A stretch of DNA of 22,552 nucleotides from Ginkgo biloba (taxonomy: Eukaryota; Plantae; Ginkgophyta), in contig JANKJI020000004.1 of assembly GCA_024626585.2 (NCBI GenBank), positions 130,628,239-130,650,790 of the forward strand. The letters run 5' to 3'. The stretch's first letter is position 1; each line of letters starts with the position of its first letter. Position numbers and translations under genes: made by a program. The notes beneath the pieces are model-generated. The model was not told where the DNA came from and ran no database searches. It was given only the letters and a program-made list of their open reading frames with translations. Below, in pieces: positions 21,671 through 22,552 of the stretch.

Positions 21671-22552
21671 AGAGAAAAAATATCAGGTATCATGGCTACC
21701 TAAATGTTGTTTGAGAATGTAATGAAGAATTATATTAAAAGGAACAATTGAATAAGCAGACAAATGAAGAATCATTATTTTAGTGAAATAATTATAAAGT
21801 TAGCATTAANNNNNNNNNNNNNNNNNNNNNNNNNNNNNNNNNNNNNNNNNAACTTGTGACTCCAATTTTGACAATGTCCCTCACAATATTAATGACCATT
21901 AATGAAAATTATCACCTAAATTAGTGGTGGATTTGGCATTGATATAAGAAAAAGAATCATCCAATTGTAGTGTATCACTACATGCCTGTGGAAAATATGC
22001 ACAAATAATCTAATTTATTTGATTAATTCAGTGGCATTCTACCTTTCTTGATCATCACATATATCATCATTTGTGTTTACTGCATACAATAGTGGTCTTC
22101 TACATGCATACAATTCACATTTGTTTTCCAAGTGTGTAATAAAGTGGTGGCAGATTGACTAATAACCAATTCTACCTATAATGAAAAAATTATATTTGCA
22201 TAATCCAATAGAATATTTTTTTAAGTATTACAACACTTCTACCTATATTGCAATAAGTTGTCAAATCGAGATGACAATAAGAAAAGTGCGAAGAATACAA
22301 AGATAAGAACAATGTAGAAGCAAATAAAAATAGATAGGTTTGAATGCAAAAGCAAAGATCATATAGATTTGAACATGAATGTATGATACATAAAATTTAA
22401 AAGATTATATAGACTAATTATTAGATTTATGATCCAAAATGTTGGATAAACGACTGACACATTAGATAGATAAATTTAAGCATTTATCTTATCGAACTGT
22501 GCATTCAAATCACACCTTAGAGGTGGATGGACGTACACTTCCAATTTTTTTA

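Overview
Eukaryotic, AT-rich plant genomic DNA from a gappy scaffold (many N runs, several exactly about 100 N and so probably of unknown true size). The window holds the last five coding exons of a + strand protein farnesyltransferase beta-subunit gene (FTB, ERA1 orthologue): 2000-2056, 2232-2304, <11872-11954 (5' end hidden in an N gap), 12055-12522 and 20454-20693 (TAA). Spliced, they read (S)CQTYEGGIAGEPGAEAHGG|YTFCGLATLILINEAHRLDLPSLL|..VFRQGRVEGGFQGRTNKLVDGCYSFWQ|GGVFPLIQRL..long insert..PLFNTHALQGYILLCSQ|VLEGGLRDKPGKFRDYYHTCYCLSGLS..YYSSLH*. The Zn ligands and substrate-binding motifs are intact. The three short exons are missing from the supplied ORF track. Two short introns (175 and 100 nt) alternate with very long ones (about 9.5 kb and 7.9 kb, plus the >2 kb intron at the window start). 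The long introns are filled with decayed Copia, Gypsy and LINE relics, an architecture typical of large-genome non-flowering plants such as gymnosperms (inference). I found no convincing previously undescribed system. The best leads are an unusually long plant-specific insert in FTB, a one-residue indel in the non-angiosperm state, and a sense-oriented LTR just downstream of the penultimate exon.
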